Shown: positions 31,312 through 41,279, counted from the stretch's first letter. The stretch is DNA of 64,000 nucleotides from an uncultured Gammaproteobacteria bacterium (GCA_964408415.1 CAYOZH010000001.1:47256-111255), one strand, 5' to 3'. Numbers and translations are program-made. The notes: generated by a model from the sequence alone, not told the origin.

Positions 31312-33006
31312 ATGATAAAAGATATTATTTTACAAGAAATAAAAAAAATTCTAAAAAATAATCTTCCTCAAGAAAATTTCATTGATCTTCAACCACCAAC
31401 TAATTTTAATTTTGGCGATTATTCAACCTCAATTGCTTTAAAGTTAACGAAAGTTTTTAAAAAAAATCCTTTAGAAATTGCTGAAAATATCAAAAACAAT
31501 TTTCCAAAATTAAAAGAAATTGAAAAAATTGATGTTGTCAATCCTGGATTTATTAATTTTTGGCTTTCAAAAAAATACCTTTTTAAAAATCTTGAAAAAA
31601 TTGCAAAAAATAATTTTAAATTTTCACAATTTTATTTTGGCAACAACAAAAAAATTATGGTTGAATTTGCTCATCCTAATACTCATAAACTTTTTCATAT
31701 TGGTCATCTTCGCAATATCTCAACTGGTGAAACAATGGTAAGAATTTTTGAAGCTTTAGGAAATAAAGTAATAAGAGCAAATTATCAAGGCGATGTTGGT
31801 CTTCATATTGCTAAATGTCTATACGGAATAAAAACTTCAAAAATAAAAATTGAAAAATTAAAAACATTGGAGGAAAAAATTGATTTTATTGGAAAAATGT
31901 ATACTTTAGGAACTAAAGCTTATGAGGAAAATGAAAATGCCAAACAAGAAATCATAAAAATTAACCAACAAATATATAATCAAGATAAAGAAATTTTGTC
32001 TTTATGGCAACAAACTCGTCAATGGAGTTTGGATTATTTTGAAAAAATTTATAAACGAGTTGACAGTCATTTTGATCGTTATTATTTTGAAAGTGAAATG
32101 GCTAAAAGAGCGATAGAAATCTGTTTTGAAGCCTTAAAAAAAGGAATTTTAGAAAAAAGTCAAGGAGCGATTGTCTTTAACGGTAAAAAATATGGCTTAG
32201 ATACTCGAGTTTTTATTAATTCATTAGGATATCCAACATATGAAGGAAAAGAACTAGCTCTAGCAGAAAAAGAATTTAGTGAGTTTGGAGAAATTGATAA
32301 AAATATTCATTGTGTTACTCCAGAGCAAACTAGTTTTTTTAAAGTTACCTTTAAAGTCCAAGAAATACTTAATCCAAAAATTACTGGAAAACAATATCAT
32401 CTTGCTTACGAATGGGTAAATTTAAAAACTGGAAAAATGTCATCAAGAGAAGGAAATATTATTGAAGCTAATTGGTTAATTGATCAAATAAAAGAAAAAA
32501 TTATTAAAGAATTTAAATGTGATGAAAAAATCGCTGAGATTTTAGCCGTGTCTTCAGCTAAATATTCTTTTTTAAAAAATAGTCCAAAAACAGCAATTAA
32601 TTTTGATATTGATGAATCAATTAGCATTAATGGTAATTCTGCTCCGTATTTAATATATACCTATGTTCGTTGTCGATCAATTTTAAATAAAAAAAACACT
32701 TCGCTAGATCTTTCAATTACTAAAGATGACTCTATAATTTTAGAAATTGATGAGTTAAATATTTTACGAAAACTTTATCAATTTAAAGAGGTGGTTTTGA
32801 AAGCTGGTCAAGAATTTTCTCCAAATCATATTGCTACCTACCTTTATGATTTAACTTCTCAATACAATCTTTTTTATCAAAAATACCCGATTTTAAAAGC
32901 TAAGGAAAATATAAAAAATCTAAGATTATTAATTACCTTAACCACTGCCAATACTATAAAAAAAGGGTTAGAATTATTAGGAATAAAAACTGTTGAAAAA
33001 ATGTAA
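31312..33006 (+). CDS. argS: arginyl-tRNA synthetase
   Basis: 564 aa with the HIGH motif (FHIGHLRN), an anticodon-binding C-terminus and a terminal M. Confidence 0.9.
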   Translation: MIKDIILQEIKKILKNNLPQENFIDLQPPTNFNFGDYSTSIALKLTKVFKKNPLEIAENIKNNFPKLKEIEKIDVVNPGFINFWLSKKYLFKNLEKIAKNNFKFSQFYFGNNKKIMVEFAHPNTHKLFHIGHLRNISTGETMVRIFEALGNKVIRANYQGDVGLHIAKCLYGIKTSKIKIEKLKTLEEKIDFIGKMYTLGTKAYEENENAKQEIIKINQQIYNQDKEILSLWQQTRQWSLDYFEKIYKRVDSHFDRYYFESEMAKRAIEICFEALKKGILEKSQGAIVFNGKKYGLDTRVFINSLGYPTYEGKELALAEKEFSEFGEIDKNIHCVTPEQTSFFKVTFKVQEILNPKITGKQYHLAYEWVNLKTGKMSSREGNIIEANWLIDQIKEKIIKEFKCDEKIAEILAVSSAKYSFLKNSPKTAINFDIDESISINGNSAPYLIYTYVRCRSILNKKNTSLDLSITKDDSIILEIDELNILRKLYQFKEVVLKAGQEFSPNHIATYLYDLTSQYNLFYQKYPILKAKENIKNLRLLITLTTANTIKKGLELLGIKTVEKM

Positions 33007-33053
33007 ACAATTATTGATTATTAATTATTAATTTTTAATTATTAATTATTATT
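33007..33053. repeat. T/A heptad-type spacer (argS/radA)
   Basis: ACAATTATTGATTATTAATTATTAATTTTTAATTATTAATTATTATT. Confidence 0.6.
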
Positions 33054-34346
33054 ATGTCCTTTTTTGTTTGCAAAAATTGTGGTTTTGGTTCAGCCTCTTG
33101 GTACGGCAAATGTCCTGACTGTGGTCAATGGAATACTTTAGTGGAAAAACCAGAGTTTTCTCCAAATACTAAAAATAAAAATCAAAAAGAATCTTTAAAA
33201 AAAATCACCATCACTCCTTTAAAATCAATAAAAACTCAGTCAAAGCAACGAATAAAAACCTCGCTTTTTGAACTTGATCGAGTTTTAGGAGGAGGATTTT
33301 TACCTGGCGAAGTCATTCTTTTAACCGGCGAACCAGGAATTGGCAAATCAACGCTTATTCTTCAAGCTTTAAAAGATATAAACACTCTTTATATTTCTGG
33401 TGAAGAATCAGGTGAACAAGTTAAAAATAGAGCTGATAGATTAAATATAAATTTAGACAATTTTCTTTTTTCCAATGACACTCAAATTGAAGGAATTATT
33501 GAAACTGCTGTTGAAATTAAGGATAAAATTAAAGTTTTAGTCATTGATTCAATCCAAACTGTTTACTCAAAAGATGTTCAGGGAGCAGCTTCAGGAGTAA
33601 ATCAATTAAAAGAAACAACAAAAATGCTAGTTAATTTTGCTAAAAAAAATAATATTGTTGTGATCATTATTGGTCATATTACCAAAGAAGGAGAGATTGC
33701 TGGACCAAAAACACTAGAGCATTTTGTCGATGCGGTTTTAAACTTTGAAGGAGAAAAAATCTCCAATTACCGACTAATTAGATCATCAAAAAATCGATTT
33801 GGATCAACAGATGAAATTGGTATTTTTGAGATGACTCAACAAGGTTTAAAAGAAATAGATAATCCTTTAGTTTTTCTTGAATCTGAAGAAATTAATCAAC
33901 CAGGTAAAGCTATTGTTGGCGTCTCTGAAGGTAAAAGACCATTATTTTTTGAGATTCAAACTTTAACCGTCCCATCGATTTTACCAGTTCCAAGACGAGT
34001 AGTAAAAGGACTTGATTATAATAAAGTCTTATTACTTTTAGCAGTTGTCAGAAAAAATCTTAATTACTCTCTTGATAATTATGATATTTATGTTAATGTT
34101 ATTGGTGGTGTTTCCGTCAAAAGTACCAGCGCTGATTTAGGATTAATCGCTAGTTTGATCTCATCTTTTAAAAATAAACCTTTACCTAGCTCATCTCTTT
34201 TTATTGGTGAAGTTGGTCTTCTGGGAGAAATAAGAAAAGTATATTTTGAAGAAAAAGTAATTACTGAAGCAAAAAGATTAGGATTTAAAAAAATTTTTTT
34301 CAGTCAAAATATTAAAAATGTTAAAGATTTAATGAGTTTTATTTAG
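33054..34346 (+). CDS. radA: DNA repair protein RadA
   Basis: N-terminal Zn ribbon (CKNCG...CPDCGQWNT), Walker A GEPGIGKST, KNRFG and a Lon-like C-terminal domain. Confidence 0.92.
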   Translation: MSFFVCKNCGFGSASWYGKCPDCGQWNTLVEKPEFSPNTKNKNQKESLKKITITPLKSIKTQSKQRIKTSLFELDRVLGGGFLPGEVILLTGEPGIGKSTLILQALKDINTLYISGEESGEQVKNRADRLNINLDNFLFSNDTQIEGIIETAVEIKDKIKVLVIDSIQTVYSKDVQGAASGVNQLKETTKMLVNFAKKNNIVVIIIGHITKEGEIAGPKTLEHFVDAVLNFEGEKISNYRLIRSSKNRFGSTDEIGIFEMTQQGLKEIDNPLVFLESEEINQPGKAIVGVSEGKRPLFFEIQTLTVPSILPVPRRVVKGLDYNKVLLLLAVVRKNLNYSLDNYDIYVNVIGGVSVKSTSADLGLIASLISSFKNKPLPSSSLFIGEVGLLGEIRKVYFEEKVITEAKRLGFKKIFFSQNIKNVKDLMSFI

Positions 34347-34968
34347 GTGATTGTTTTATAAATTCTTTTTTTATCACTGCTTTTTTTCCATTAGCTCCAA
34401 TAAGTTCAATAGTTAAAACATTTTTTCCTTCTTGAAGAGGTAATTCATACTCAAAAACTCCCTCTTTATTTTGATAAATTTGTTGACCAGCAATAAAAAT
34501 TAAAGTTTCTGGATTAGTCTTACCAATTATCTTTATTTTTGATTCTCTTTTAAAAATAGTATTTATTGGAGATAAAATTTTTAATTTTGGAGGAGAAAAA
34601 AATAAATAAAACTGATAACCAAAATAAAGACTAAAAAATAAAATTAAAAAAAACAATACTCTTGTTAAAAAAATCTTTGTTTCTGGATTTAAATATTTTG
34701 ACGAAAGCTTTTTTTTAAACTTTACTTCTTCTTGTTTTTCATAGTCACGTCTAAAAAAAGCTAAAACTTTATTTTCATTTAAACCAAGAAAACGAGAATA
34801 ATTTTTTAAAACACCAATTATATAAATTTTTGAAGAAAAAATGTTCCAATTATTGTTTTCAATAGCTTCAATATATTTTTGTCTAATTTTTAGTTTTTTT
34901 TCAATATCAGAAAGTTTTAAATTTTTTTTAAGTCTTTGAGTTTGAAGAATTTCTCCAACTGTTATCAT
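34339..34968 (-). CDS. RodZ-like HTH membrane protein
   Basis: Xre-type HTH at the N-terminus, a single TM helix and a beta-rich C-terminal domain. Confidence 0.55.
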   Translation of the reverse strand: MITVGEILQTQRLKKNLKLSDIEKKLKIRQKYIEAIENNNWNIFSSKIYIIGVLKNYSRFLGLNENKVLAFFRRDYEKQEEVKFKKKLSSKYLNPETKIFLTRVLFFLILFFSLYFGYQFYLFFSPPKLKILSPINTIFKRESKIKIIGKTNPETLIFIAGQQIYQNKEGVFEYELPLQEGKNVLTIELIGANGKKAVIKKEFIKQSPK

Positions 34969-34975
34969 TTTTTAA

Positions 34976-35536
34976 TTATACTCTACCTGTATACTCTGAT
35001 GTCTCTGGATTAATACTAATAATATCACCCACTTTAACAAATAAAGGTACCATCACTACTGCTCCTGTTTCAACTTTAGCTGGTTTTTTTGCTCCAGAAA
35101 CAGTATCACCTTTCACAGCATCTTCAGTCTCAATCACTTTTAATTTGACACTCAAAGGTGGTCTAACAGTTAATGGTTTATCATTGTAAATATAAACATA
35201 CATTTTTTCTCCTTCTTTAAAAAACTTTGCTATCTCACCAACAACATTAACAGGTAAAGAATATTGTTCATATGTTCTCTCATCCATAAAATATAAATTT
35301 TCATTGTCTTTATAAAGATACTGCATCTCAATTGATAAAACATCAAGGACCTCAACTTGTTCAGCTGATTTATAAACATACTCAACATTTTTTCCTGAAA
35401 TAACATTTTTTATTCTTGTTTTCATTAGGGCTGATCCTTTTCCTGGTGAATAAAAATCAGCTTTTTGTACTTGCCAGATCTCTCCTTGATGAAAAACAAA
35501 ATCACCTTTTTTTAAATTTCCCGCATTAACTCTCAT
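34976..35536 (-). CDS. efp: elongation factor P
   Basis: Starts MRVNAGNLKKGDFV, with SPGKGSALMKTRIKNV (modifiable Lys loop). The start is moved to the ATG at 35536; the track extension runs through a structured spacer. Confidence 0.9.
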   Translation of the reverse strand: MRVNAGNLKKGDFVFHQGEIWQVQKADFYSPGKGSALMKTRIKNVISGKNVEYVYKSAEQVEVLDVLSIEMQYLYKDNENLYFMDERTYEQYSLPVNVVGEIAKFFKEGEKMYVYIYNDKPLTVRPPLSVKLKVIETEDAVKGDTVSGAKKPAKVETGAVVMVPLFVKVGDIISINPETSEYTGRV

Positions 35537-35562
35537 AAAATTAAAATTAAATTGTAAAAATA

Positions 35563-35656
35563 AGAACTCAAAATTTTTTAAGTGATCACTTGCGTCTAAG
35601 AATACGTGCAAGAAAAATAGTTTCTTGCATTGAGAACGCAAAAAATTTTGAGTTCT
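35563..35656 (-). other. 94-nt structured element with perfect 17-bp terminal inverted repeats (epmA/efp spacer)
   Basis: AGAACTCAAAATTTTTT (35563-35579) pairs with AAAAAATTTTGAGTTCT (35640-35656). Inside are the palindrome AAGTGATCACTT and the hairpin TGCAAGAAA-AATAG-TTTCTTGCA. Confidence 0.75.
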
Positions 35657-35665
35657 AAATAAAAT

Positions 35666-36703
35666 TTAAACTATATTTATTAATTTTAACTCATCAATTC
35701 TTGAAACTCCAGCAAAAATAAGCGCTAATCGATCAAAACCAATCGCAATTCCACTACAAGGTTTAAGACCATATTTTAACGCCTCAATAAACCCTTTGTC
35801 AATGGGATGAATGATTTTATCAGATTTTCTTCTAATTTTATCTTCATTAAAAAATCTTTGTTCTTGCTCTTGCCAATCAGTTAACTCTGTATAACAATCA
35901 CCTAACTCTACACCATTAATATAAAATTCAAATCTTTGAGCAGTTTTTCCATCTTGATTTAATTTTGCTAAAGCAGCAAACTCTTTAGGATAGTCATAAA
36001 TTAAAGTTGGATAGCCATTAACTCCCAATTTAGGCTCAATTTCTTGAACATAAATCTGCGACCAAATATCCTCATAACTAAAACCATCAACTCGACAACC
36101 TTTTTCTTTTGCTTTTTTAATAAATAATTGATGATCAAAAAGTTCTTTTTCACTAATACCAGCATACCTCTCAAAAGCCTCAACTACACTAATTTTCTCC
36201 CATTTATTAAATCTAATTTTAGATTTTAAATTTTCATTTTGCTTGCCCGCCGTTTTAGGCGGGAGTTTTGTCCGCCAGTTGGCGGATTGAATTTTCTTAT
36301 TAACATATTCCATCATCTCTAATACCTCATCAGCCAACTGTAAATAATCAACTCCCATTTTGTAAATCTCCAACATATTAAACTCAAAAGAATGAAGTTT
36401 TGCTGGCGGGTCACTATTTCTAAATGATTTGCCTAAATAATAACAATCACCAACACCATAAGCTAAAAGCCTTTTTAAAAATAATTCTGGCGATGGAGTT
36501 AGATATAATTTTTCTTTTTTATCAAAATATCTAAACTCTGTTTCAAAAACTTCAAGATAACTTTCTGGAATTAAAGCTGGAGATAAAACTGGCAAATCAA
36601 TTTTTAAATATCCTTTTTTTTCTAAAAACTCCTCAACTGCTTTTTGAACTGCAAAATAAACTTTGTAATTTTCTAAATTCTCTATATTAGTCTGTATTTG
36701 CAT
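35666..36703 (-). CDS. epmA: EF-P lysine ligase EpmA (GenX/PoxA, class II LysRS paralog) with in-frame palindrome insert
   Basis: Class II motifs are present (FRNSDP...HSFEFNMLE; GIAIGFDRL). It is immediately upstream of efp. Confidence 0.8.
   Translation of the reverse strand: MQIQTNIENLENYKVYFAVQKAVEEFLEKKGYLKIDLPVLSPALIPESYLEVFETEFRYFDKKEKLYLTPSPELFLKRLLAYGVGDCYYLGKSFRNSDPPAKLHSFEFNMLEIYKMGVDYLQLADEVLEMMEYVNKKIQSANWRTKLPPKTAGKQNENLKSKIRFNKWEKISVVEAFERYAGISEKELFDHQLFIKKAKEKGCRVDGFSYEDIWSQIYVQEIEPKLGVNGYPTLIYDYPKEFAALAKLNQDGKTAQRFEFYINGVELGDCYTELTDWQEQEQRFFNEDKIRRKSDKIIHPIDKGFIEALKYGLKPCSGIAIGFDRLALIFAGVSRIDELKLINIV
36246..36286. repeat. two adjacent GC-rich hairpins inside epmA (CCCGCC-GTTTTA-GGCGGG at 36246-36263; TCCGCCAGTTGGCGGA at 36271-36286)
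   Basis: Both have perfect stems. Read on the minus strand in frame as SANWRTKLPPKTAG. Confidence 0.85.
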
Positions 36704-36765
36704 TTTTTTATTTTCTCAAATTCATCGCTTCTTGACAAGTAGTAGTAGTAGTAAAATCTAAAAAA

Positions 36766-37479
36766 ATGAAAGAAGTTCCTGTTGTTATACTTGCCGGAGG
36801 TTTTGGTAAAAGATTAGGAAATTTAACCCAAGAAAATCAAAAGTGTGTTTTAAATATTAATGGTTTTCCTATTTTAATACACATTATAAATAATTTATTA
36901 ACTGCTTTTGGTTCTTTAGATTTAAAACTTGCAGTAGGCTATAAACAGGAACAGGTTAAAAAAATAATTAACTATTATTTTGGAAATAATTCAAAAACAA
37001 AATTAACTTACATTCCTCATAATCCTGGTACTGAAGGATGGGGTATTTATTATCAATTAAAAGAATCGCTTACTGGGTTTTTTTTAGGAATGCCTGGAGA
37101 TATAATAACTCACCATGAAAATTATTTAGAATTAGCTAATTTGGCAGAACAATTAAGAATACCTACCTTAAGTTTGTCACCAAATATAAAAGAAGCTGAA
37201 ACACACGGAATAGGTGTTGTTAATTCTTATTATGTTACTAAATTATTTTGGCCACCAATTAATCCTGTACCTGAAAGTTTTAATAGAGATATGACAATTT
37301 TTGCAAGTTTTCCAGATGATTTTAAAAGATTATTAGAAGATTTTCCAAATCCAGGTAAATCAATAGGGTTTAGTTTTATGGATTCTGTAAATTCTAAAAG
37401 AGATATTGGTGGTTATATTTGGTCAGGTAAATGGATTCATATAGCTAGTACTGAAGATTTGAAAAAAATGCCTCCCTGA
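36766..37479 (+). CDS. sugar-phosphate nucleotidyltransferase family protein
   Basis: N-terminal VVILAGGFGKRLG signature of the NTP_transferase fold. Confidence 0.6.
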   Translation: MKEVPVVILAGGFGKRLGNLTQENQKCVLNINGFPILIHIINNLLTAFGSLDLKLAVGYKQEQVKKIINYYFGNNSKTKLTYIPHNPGTEGWGIYYQLKESLTGFFLGMPGDIITHHENYLELANLAEQLRIPTLSLSPNIKEAETHGIGVVNSYYVTKLFWPPINPVPESFNRDMTIFASFPDDFKRLLEDFPNPGKSIGFSFMDSVNSKRDIGGYIWSGKWIHIASTEDLKKMPP

Positions 37480-37891
37480 TTTTTTTTATTATTTTATTTC
37501 TATCTTCATTAGATAAATAATTTTTTTTTCTTATATCCTCTGGTATTATCCAAATTGGTTTATTATTAAGTTTCTCATTTTTATATCTCGGAATAATATG
37601 CCAATGCAAATGTGAATATTTATTTCCTAATAACTCATAATTAATTTTTTTTGGTTTAAATATTTTATATATAATTTCAGCTATATAAGCCATTTCTAAT
37701 AAAAAATTTTTCTTATAAGTATAAGAAAGTTGATGAAGCTCTTGTTTATGTATTTTAGATATAAAAATTACGTAACCTTTAAAATACTGATAATCTTCTA
37801 AAACTAAGTATCCTGTATTAAATTCTTTAATAAAATTTTTATTTAATCCTTTTTTAATTTTAGAGATTATTTCACAAATTTTACATCTCAT
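37445..37891 (-). CDS. HIT-family hydrolase
   Basis: Histidine triad HLHWHIIPR. Confidence 0.7.
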   Translation of the reverse strand: MRCKICEIISKIKKGLNKNFIKEFNTGYLVLEDYQYFKGYVIFISKIHKQELHQLSYTYKKNFLLEMAYIAEIIYKIFKPKKINYELLGNKYSHLHWHIIPRYKNEKLNNKPIWIIPEDIRKKNYLSNEDRNKIIKKIREAFFSNLQY

Positions 37892-37907
37892 AATGATAAT
37901 AAAAAAA

Positions 37908-38768
37908 TTAATTTTGTTGAATTTCTTTCTCTAACTCCTCCAATAATTTCTTTGCTTTTCCAGAGATTCGGGAAGGAACAGTGATTTTAAAAACAACATA
38001 TTGATCGCCTTTTTGATATGATTGAGGATGTGGTACTCCTTGACCACGAAGACGCACTGTTGTTCCTGATTGAGTACCTGGTCTTACCTTTAACTTCACC
38101 ATACCATTAATTGTGGGTACTTCAACTGTTCCGCCTAAAACTGCTATTGGATAAGAAATTTCTTTTTCAAAATAAATATCTTGTCCTTGTCTTTTAAAAT
38201 AAGGATGCGGCTTAACATGTAAATCTAAATCAAAATCTGAAAACCTCATCCTCATTCCTTCATCAACACCAGCAGGAATTTTAATTGTTTTTTTCTCACC
38301 CTTAACAATAATATCTTTTTGTGTCCCATTAACTGCTTCCTCAAAGGTTAAAGTAATTTCATAAACATCTCTTCTTTTTGCTCGTCTAGATCTAGAAAAA
38401 GGATTACCAAAGCCAAAAAATTGTTCAAATATCTCAAAAGGATCAGAAAATCCTCCAAAATCAAAATCAGAAAAATCACCACCAAAATTTGTATAAACTC
38501 TAAATGGTCCTTGTTGATAATATTGACCACCACCTGAAGCCGATCCCGCTCCTCCTCTAAAAGCAGCTTCACCATATTGATCATATATCTGACGCTTTTG
38601 TGGATCTGATAAGACTTCAAATGCTTGATTTATTTGTTTGAACTTTTCTGTTGCTTCAGGAGATTTGTTTCTATCTGGATGCCATTTTAAAGCTTGGCGA
38701 CGATAAGCCGCTTTAATTTCTTCATCTGTAGCATTTTTTGACACCCCCAAGATTTCATAATAGTCCAT
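37908..38768 (-). CDS. dnaJ: J-domain co-chaperone, CbpA-like (no Cys-rich zinc finger)
   Basis: J domain (DYYEILGV...HPDRN), a G/F region, then C-terminal beta domains with no CxxCxGxG repeats. 286 aa. Confidence 0.88.
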   Translation of the reverse strand: MDYYEILGVSKNATDEEIKAAYRRQALKWHPDRNKSPEATEKFKQINQAFEVLSDPQKRQIYDQYGEAAFRGGAGSASGGGQYYQQGPFRVYTNFGGDFSDFDFGGFSDPFEIFEQFFGFGNPFSRSRRAKRRDVYEITLTFEEAVNGTQKDIIVKGEKKTIKIPAGVDEGMRMRFSDFDLDLHVKPHPYFKRQGQDIYFEKEISYPIAVLGGTVEVPTINGMVKLKVRPGTQSGTTVRLRGQGVPHPQSYQKGDQYVVFKITVPSRISGKAKKLLEELEKEIQQN

Positions 38769-38781
38769 ATTATTAATATTA

Positions 38782-38818
38782 AAGGACAGAACCTTTTTGA
38801 AAAAAAGGTTCTGTCCTT
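38782..38818. repeat. palindrome family B copy between dnaK and dnaJ
   Basis: AAGGACAGAACCTTTTTGAAAAAAAGGTTCTGTCCTT, with the same arms as 23003-23036. Confidence 0.85.
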
Positions 38819-38858
38819 AAAATTTTTGATCTTTGATTTTTGATTTTTAATTTTTAAT
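38819..38858. repeat. T-heptad array adjoining the family B palindrome
   Basis: TTTTTGA TCTTTGA TTTTTGA TTTTTAA TTTTTAA TTTAATT, with a strict 7-nt period. Confidence 0.7.
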
Positions 38859-40754
38859 TTAATTTACCACCTCTCCCTCCTCAACATCTTCTTTTTTATT
38901 GTCTTTGTCTTCCTCAGATTTATTATTTTCAGATTTGACATTTGAGTTTTGAGTTTTAAGATTTTCTTGATATATTGCTTGACCAATTTTTGTCAACTCA
39001 TCAGATAATTCTTTTGTTTTTGTCTCAATCTCCTCTTTAGTCCCTTTTTCTAAAGTTTCTTTTAGTTCTTTTATTTTCTTTTCAACATTTTCTTTTACAT
39101 CTTTTGGCGCTTTATCTCCAGCATCTTTTAAAGATTTTTCCGCTACATAAATCATATTGTCTGCTTTATTTCTCGCCTCAATTTTTTCTTTTTCTAATCG
39201 ATCTCTTTCGGCATTTTTCTCTGCTTCTTCTTTCATTCTCTCAATCTCTTCTTTACTCAAACCAGTTGAACCAGTAATTTTTATGCTTTGTGATTTACCA
39301 GTTGCCTTATCTTTTGCTGTCACTGACAATATTCCTGAAGCATCGATATCAAATGTCACTTCAATTTGAGGTACACCTCTTGGCGCTGGAGGAATACCAT
39401 CTAAAATAAATCGACCTAAAGATTTGTTATCTCTTGCCATTGGTCTTTCTCCTTGCAAAATATGAATCTCAACCTGAGTTTGATTATCAGCAGCAGTTGA
39501 AAATACTTCAGTTTTTGCTGTTGGAATAGTGGTATTTCTTGGAATAAGTGGTGTCATCACTCCACCCAAAGTCTCAACACCCAAAGTCAAAGGAGTAACA
39601 TCAAGCAAAACCACATCTTTTGTCTCACCAGTTAAAACACCAGCTTGCACTGCTGCGCCAACTGCTACTACTTCATCTGGATTAACAGATCGATTTGGTT
39701 CTTTTCCAAAGAATTTTTTCACTTTTTCAACAACAAGTGGCATTCTTGTCATACCACCAACTAAAACAACTTCATCAACTTTACTAACATCAACTTTTGC
39801 ATCTTTTAAACATTTTTTTACTGGCTCAAATGACTTATCAACCAAATGTTCAACTAAAGATTCTAATTTTGCTCTTGTTAATTTCATCACAAAATGTAAT
39901 GGTTGTCCATCTTTAACAGTAATGAATGGTAAATTAACCTCAGTTTCAAGTGATGAGGACAACTCAATTTTTGCTTTTTCTGCTGCATCTCTTAATCGTT
40001 GCAATGCTTGTGGATCTTTTTTCAAATCAATTCCATACTCTTTTTTAAACTCATCAGCAAAATAATTTAAAATCACTTGATCAAAATCATCACCTCCTAA
40101 ATGAGTATCACCATTAGTTGCTTTAACTTGAAAAACACCTTCACCAAGCTCTAACACTGTAATATCAAAAGTACCACCGCCAAGATCATAAACAGCAATT
40201 GTATGAGCGTGTTTTTTATCCAATCCATAAGCTAAAGAAGCAGCTGTTGGCTCGTTAATAATCCTTACCACCTCAAGTCCCGCAATCTCACCAGCTTGTT
40301 TTGTTGCTTGTCTTTGAGCATCATCAAAATAAGCAGGGACAGTAATTACTGCTTTTTCCACTTTTTCTCCTAAATATGCCTCAGCATCAGCTTTAATTTT
40401 TTGCAAAATCATTGCTGAAATTTCTTGCGGAGTATAGGTTTTTCCCTCAACCTCAACTACTGCCATACCATCTCTTCCCTCTTTTATTTTATAAGGTAAC
40501 CATTTCATATCATATTGAACAGACTCATCATTAAAACGTCGTCCCATTAATCTTTTAATAGAAAAAATAGTGTTTTTTGGATTAATAACAATCTGTCTTT
40601 TTGCCACATCACCAACTACCCGCTTTACCGGATCAACTACTGATGGAATCACATTTCTTCCCTCAGCTGAATAAATAACTTTTGGTTTACCACCTTCCAT
40701 AACTGCCACACAAGAATTAGTTGTACCAAGATCAATACCAATGATTTTTGCCAT
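38859..40754 (-). CDS. dnaK: chaperone DnaK (Hsp70)
   Basis: 631 aa with [18 protein letters not shown] and [11 protein letters not shown]. Confidence 0.97.
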   Translation of the reverse strand: MAKIIGIDLGTTNSCVAVMEGGKPKVIYSAEGRNVIPSVVDPVKRVVGDVAKRQIVINPKNTIFSIKRLMGRRFNDESVQYDMKWLPYKIKEGRDGMAVVEVEGKTYTPQEISAMILQKIKADAEAYLGEKVEKAVITVPAYFDDAQRQATKQAGEIAGLEVVRIINEPTAASLAYGLDKKHAHTIAVYDLGGGTFDITVLELGEGVFQVKATNGDTHLGGDDFDQVILNYFADEFKKEYGIDLKKDPQALQRLRDAAEKAKIELSSSLETEVNLPFITVKDGQPLHFVMKLTRAKLESLVEHLVDKSFEPVKKCLKDAKVDVSKVDEVVLVGGMTRMPLVVEKVKKFFGKEPNRSVNPDEVVAVGAAVQAGVLTGETKDVVLLDVTPLTLGVETLGGVMTPLIPRNTTIPTAKTEVFSTAADNQTQVEIHILQGERPMARDNKSLGRFILDGIPPAPRGVPQIEVTFDIDASGILSVTAKDKATGKSQSIKITGSTGLSKEEIERMKEEAEKNAERDRLEKEKIEARNKADNMIYVAEKSLKDAGDKAPKDVKENVEKKIKELKETLEKGTKEEIETKTKELSDELTKIGQAIYQENLKTQNSNVKSENNKSEEDKDNKKEDVEEGEVVN

Positions 40755-40779
40755 AGTTTTAAAAATATAAACTTATAAC

Positions 40780-41265
40780 TTATTTTTTTGTTACTCTAAC
40801 TTGAGCAACACGCAAAATAATATTGTTTAACTTATAACCTTTTCTTAACACCTCGATAACAATGTTGTCTTTTTCACCTTTAACAATATCAATTGCCTCA
40901 GCTAATTCTGGATCAAAAGCTTTATTTAAAACATCAATCTCTTCCAATCCTTCTTCTTTTAAAACTTGTAATAATTGATCTTTAGCTATTTTTAATCCTT
41001 GATCTTTAATAAAAACTTCAGCTTTATCCAAGGTGTCAAGAAAAGGTAAAAGTTTTAAAATTAAGTTTTTATTAGCATTTTTAATAAGCTGTTGTTTTTC
41101 ATCAATAATTCTTTTTTCCAAATTTTGATAATCAGCCAAAGCTCTTAAATATTTATTTTTTATATCTTCAATTTGTTTTTTTAATTCTTCTATTTGATTT
41201 TTCAAATCAATAATCTCTCTTTCAAATTCTTCTTTCTTTTTATCGTTTTGTTTTTTCTTATCCAT
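40780..41265 (-). CDS. grpE: nucleotide exchange factor GrpE
   Basis: 161 aa with a coiled-coil N-terminus, RALADYQN and a C-terminal beta domain. Lies between hrcA and dnaK. Confidence 0.9.
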   Translation of the reverse strand: MDKKKQNDKKKEEFEREIIDLKNQIEELKKQIEDIKNKYLRALADYQNLEKRIIDEKQQLIKNANKNLILKLLPFLDTLDKAEVFIKDQGLKIAKDQLLQVLKEEGLEEIDVLNKAFDPELAEAIDIVKGEKDNIVIEVLRKGYKLNNIILRVAQVRVTKK

Positions 41266-41279
41266 ATTAAAAAATTAAT

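Noticed and set aside
39529-40065. 178-aa plus-strand ORF, and a 70-aa ORF at 39157-39369
   Set aside because: Both are fully antisense to dnaK. Their Ser/Thr/Pro-rich, low-complexity translations are typical of shadow ORFs opposite a highly conserved gene.
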